Source: Vibrio vulnificus CMCP6 (GTDB lineage: Bacteria > Pseudomonadota > Gammaproteobacteria > Enterobacterales > Vibrionaceae). From it: a stretch of 32,000 nucleotides of DNA. Below, one piece after another: positions 28,818 through 32,000 of the stretch; within the stretch, counting starts at the first letter, position 1; every line of letters begins with the position of its first letter. The stretch covers positions 2,241,127-2,273,126 of the forward strand of contig NC_004459.3 of the NCBI RefSeq assembly GCF_000039765.1, read 5' to 3'. The notes under the pieces are model-generated. The model made no database searches and was not told where the DNA came from. It worked only from the letters and a program-made list of their open reading frames with translations. A program made the position numbers and the translations under genes.

Positions 28818-28992
28818 GTTTTAAATAATCTCCATTGAGGTAAACATACAACCCAATGTTTGCCAAAAACGTAAGCGTTCAAAAATTAAGCGAAACATTG
28901 GGTTGGATAGAATTTTACAGATTCATCGGAACATATTACCTGTCAATTCGCCAGCTTCAACCTTTAATGTTCATTCCAGCCAAGAAATTCTT

Positions 28993-30618
28993 TCATTTCG
29001 ACTGAAACGAACGGTTGTTGAGGGTGAATTGGTTGATTAATTGCTCTAGATGCTCTGAAAGCTGTTCTAACTCGACAGAGATATCGCGCGTATGGCTCGC
29101 GGAATGCGAGGTGTCATCGGCGTGTTGGGTGATGGTGCCAATCTTGGCTTGAATCGCTAGGCTGGATTGGCTGGTTGCTTGCGTTTGCGATTGAATGTGC
29201 TTGGTGTGCGAGAGGACTTGATGCATCTCCTCAACCACTTTGCGCATGGTGTCAGACAAGGCTTCTACTTCAAGAGAGCGCTGGTGGGCATGCTCGGAGA
29301 CTTGCGCCGCCGCGCGCAGAGAGTCGGAACTGCCTTGTTGGAATTGAGCGATGATCGAGCCGATATCGCCTGTGGCGACGGCAGTGCGGGAGGCTAGGCT
29401 GCGTACTTCATCGGCAACCACGGCAAAGCCTCGGCCTTGTTCTCCGGCGCGAGCGGCTTCAATGGCAGCATTCAATGCCAGCAGGTTCGTTTGATCGGCA
29501 ATGGCGTGAATCACACTTAAAATTGACGAAACCTCGTCGGTTTGCGCATTCAACTGAGAAATCCGGTCTCGTACTTTATCAATATCGCCGACGAGATTTT
29601 TGATCTCTTCACTGGCATTGTGCGCTTGGTTGGAGCTGGTGGTTGCCACTTCCACGGTGTGATTCACCAACTCGGTTGCATTGACGGTGGCTTGTTCGAC
29701 TTCGAGCTGCTGATGTTGCATCGCTTCGATGGCGTTTTGTACATCGCTGGTTTCTTGTTGTTGGTTGTTTGCCGCAGAGTCGGTGCGTTGGGCCACATGC
29801 GTTAGGCGGGTCGCTGAGTTAGCGAGCGAGTGAGAGGTCGATTGTACTTGATTAAGGCTCTCTGTGACCGTGTCCATAAAGGAGTTAATTGATGTGGCCA
29901 GCACACCTACCTCGTCATTTTGAGCGATAGTAACGCGTTGGGCGAGATCCTTGCTTTTACTGACTTTGGTCATAAAGTGCGATGTGGCTTGAATAGGGCG
30001 TACAATGATCTTGCGGATCAGCGTCATGGTGATCAAAAAGCCCACAAAAGCAATCGAAGACATAATCGCAATGGCAAACATCGCTTGCTTATTAATCATC
30101 GAATTGACATGGCTTAAGTTGTATTCCAAACGAATTGCACCCAAGACTTCGCCTTCTGCAGCCATATGACAGGCCACACAATTGGTGCCTCGGTAATTCT
30201 CGCTGGATTTCATTGGCAGAGCGACGACCAAACCTTTGCCCCAATCGGCTTCCACAGGTTCGATCACCAACTCACCATTTAACGCTCTCTGATCGATGTC
30301 ATCTTGTGGGGCTTGATTCGCTTGGCCTGGACCATACAACTTACTCACCAACTCACTGCGTAATACACGGACTTGCTCAATACCATCTTGGGCGAGGGCT
30401 TTTTGTCGCAATGTCTCTTTCTGGGCCATAGTGCCCGTGAGCATCATCATATTTAGGCTGTCGAAATAGTTACTGGCCTTGTCGTGCAGTTGTTCACTTA
30501 AAACAGAGTTAATAAGCTGTTTTTGTTGATAATATTGATAAGCTGTCGATACCGCTAGGACAAAGGTAAAGACGGTGATAAGGGCAACAAGTAATTTGAA
30601 CGTAATGGTTGAGCGCAT
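28993..30618 (-). CDS. Methyl-accepting chemotaxis protein with periplasmic CxxCH-containing sensor domain
   Basis: 541 aa; two N-terminal TM segments flanking a periplasmic region with CVACH, HAMP-like linker, MCP tip [35 protein letters not shown]. Confidence 0.92.
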   Translation of the reverse strand: MRSTITFKLLVALITVFTFVLAVSTAYQYYQQKQLINSVLSEQLHDKASNYFDSLNMMMLTGTMAQKETLRQKALAQDGIEQVRVLRSELVSKLYGPGQANQAPQDDIDQRALNGELVIEPVEADWGKGLVVALPMKSSENYRGTNCVACHMAAEGEVLGAIRLEYNLSHVNSMINKQAMFAIAIMSSIAFVGFLITMTLIRKIIVRPIQATSHFMTKVSKSKDLAQRVTIAQNDEVGVLATSINSFMDTVTESLNQVQSTSHSLANSATRLTHVAQRTDSAANNQQQETSDVQNAIEAMQHQQLEVEQATVNATELVNHTVEVATTSSNQAHNASEEIKNLVGDIDKVRDRISQLNAQTDEVSSILSVIHAIADQTNLLALNAAIEAARAGEQGRGFAVVADEVRSLASRTAVATGDIGSIIAQFQQGSSDSLRAAAQVSEHAHQRSLEVEALSDTMRKVVEEMHQVLSHTKHIQSQTQATSQSSLAIQAKIGTITQHADDTSHSASHTRDISVELEQLSEHLEQLINQFTLNNRSFQSK

Positions 30619-30914
30619 AGTTTTTATAATTGAGTTTTGGAATAGACCTCAATATTTTAAGCTGACGTTTAAAGTGTCGCGATCATGAGATTTCTGCAGT
30701 GTGACCATAGACAAAATAAGGTTTTTGTAAATGTGATGTGAGTACGTTGTGAACGTATTATTGACGTAATGGTCATTATTCCGACATGCGACTTAGGTCT
30801 AATCCATAGAGCGAAACGTTTGGCTGGAGATTATTGTTCGATATTCACAGCCAACGCTTGTCACTCCTATAATTAATCCTTAGTATTGCCACTCTTTGAA
30901 AAAGCCTGAGTATC

Positions 30915-31280
30915 GTGATGAGAACCGAATTGTATAAAGAGTTCATGTTTGAAGCTGCCCATCATCTTCCACATGTTCCTGAAGGTCATAAATGTGGTCG
31001 CCTACATGGCCATTCATTCTTAGTTCGTTTATATGTTGAAGGTGAAGTGGATCCGCATACGGGCTGGGTAGTGGACTTTGCTGAAATCAAAGCGGCGTTT
31101 AAACCGATTTATAACCGCTTAGATCACTATTACTTAAATGATATTAAAGGCCTAGAAAACCCAACCAGCGAAGTACTGGCAAAATGGATTTGGCAACAAC
31201 TTAAGCCAAATTTGCCGCTACTGAGCAAAGTGGAAATCAAGGAAACCTGCACCGCAGGCTGCATCTACAAAGGTGAGTAA
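30915..31280 (+). CDS. queD: 6-carboxy-5,6,7,8-tetrahydropterin synthase QueD
   Basis: 121 aa; [24 protein letters not shown] zinc/catalytic motif, [31 protein letters not shown]. Confidence 0.93.
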   Translation: MMRTELYKEFMFEAAHHLPHVPEGHKCGRLHGHSFLVRLYVEGEVDPHTGWVVDFAEIKAAFKPIYNRLDHYYLNDIKGLENPTSEVLAKWIWQQLKPNLPLLSKVEIKETCTAGCIYKGE

Positions 31281-31301
31281 TCTCCTTTAGCAAATTGAAA
31301 C

Positions 31302-31326
31302 AAAGGCAAGCATCAAGCTTGCCTTT
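31302..31326. terminator. Intrinsic terminator between queD and the GNAT gene
   Basis: AAAGGCAAGC-atcaa-GCTTGCCTTT between convergent genes. Confidence 0.65.
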
Positions 31327-31352
31327 GTTGTTTCTGAGCTGGGTTAAAACGT

Positions 31353-31820
31353 TTATCCCAGTGGGTGGCGTAAAATCCACTCTTTTTCTACTTCGCCATA
31401 GATGACTTTATCGGTATTGGTAAAGCCAGCAGAGAGGAAAAACTGATTGGCCGTTTTGTGGCTGTTTGGCACGGTCAGGCAAAGAGAATTACTCTCTGGA
31501 TCAATGGTGTACGCATACACAAACAGCTTTTTCAGTGCCTCAGTTCCTATACCTTGACGTTGGTATTGACGATCAATCATCAGGTAGTTCAGCCCCAGCT
31601 CATGGCGTTTGGCAAATGGCGCGTGCTGAGAAAACCCTTTATCAATGACCAAATAACCAACCGTCGAACTGTCCGAATAAATCGTAAAAAACGCTTCGGA
31701 CTTATGGCGTTTTTGATAAGCCTGCTCAAAAGGCTTAAAAAATCCTTTTTGTTCTTCATGCACATCCAATTGCATCAAGCTGGCGAAATCTCGTAGCTTA
31801 GTAGGCTTTATTGCAATCAT
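31353..31820 (-). CDS. GNAT family N-acetyltransferase
   Basis: 155 aa; GLNYLMIDRQYQRQGIGTEALKKLF acetyl-CoA binding motif and NSHKTANQFFLSAGF. Confidence 0.85.
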   Translation of the reverse strand: MIAIKPTKLRDFASLMQLDVHEEQKGFFKPFEQAYQKRHKSEAFFTIYSDSSTVGYLVIDKGFSQHAPFAKRHELGLNYLMIDRQYQRQGIGTEALKKLFVYAYTIDPESNSLCLTVPNSHKTANQFFLSAGFTNTDKVIYGEVEKEWILRHPLG

Positions 31821-32000
31821 GACAGTAAATAGCGAAACGATAAGTGCGAGGTGGCATTATAAATTCCAATCAATGCTATCGTCTAGGTATTTGATTGTAT
31901 TCATAATTGGCTTCATTACTGCTGGCTTTCATTTCGTGCAAAGTTTGTTCACGGTGATTGTACTGTTGATGAAATGACACTCACCGTGACAAGCAAAGTA

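Noticed and set aside
17460-29460. Nearly identical peptide [28 protein letters not shown] in two genes 12 kb apart, considered as a repeat
   Set aside because: This is the universally conserved MCP signalling tip; not evidence of recent duplication or a mobile repeat.
31458-31796. 112-aa plus-strand ORF antisense to the GNAT gene
   Set aside because: Shadow of a gene with clear acetyltransferase motifs.
1-32000. CRISPR arrays, retrons, toxin-antitoxin pairs, phage genes, integron attachment sites, and known metabolite riboswitches
   Set aside because: I looked for regularly spaced repeats, reverse transcriptase motifs, integrases and obvious riboswitch-like sequences (for example c-di-GMP, FMN or preQ1) and saw none; covariance-model searches would be needed to exclude structured RNAs.

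Overview
This window reads as ordinary core chromosome from a Vibrio-like gammaproteobacterium. The genus is inferred from the gene order nhaB|fadR, from a 279-aa FadR carrying the internal insertion described for Vibrio FadR, and from a divergent MarR-type regulator/BCCT transporter pair. Supported genes in order: dusC, a YecA/SEC-C protein, dsbB, nhaB, fadR, a ribA-type GTP cyclohydrolase II, one IS4-family-like insertion sequence with identifiable terminal inverted repeats, a TRAP transporter (dctP-dctQ-dctM) with an adjacent NarL-type two-component system, a MarR regulator (cosR-like) divergent from a BCCT osmolyte transporter, a dCache chemoreceptor, a DnaQ-like exonuclease with a CNB-CBS-nucleotidyltransferase protein, a small outer-membrane beta barrel, an aromatic/aspartate aminotransferase, a membrane HD-GYP protein, two tandem small paralogous proteins with a YYWHPDWLHIAEDA core, a MocR-type regulator, asnS, a chemoreceptor with a periplasmic CxxCH motif, queD and a GNAT acetyltransferase. 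I found no CRISPR array, rRNA, tRNA, phage or obvious defence island. The observations most worth a second look are the tandem small-protein pair, the CxxCH chemoreceptor, interlocking inverted repeats in front of the BCCT gene, paired hairpins upstream of the IS transposase, and a perfect 17-bp palindrome on the putative ribA promoter. I see no convincing evidence of a wholly new multi-gene system.
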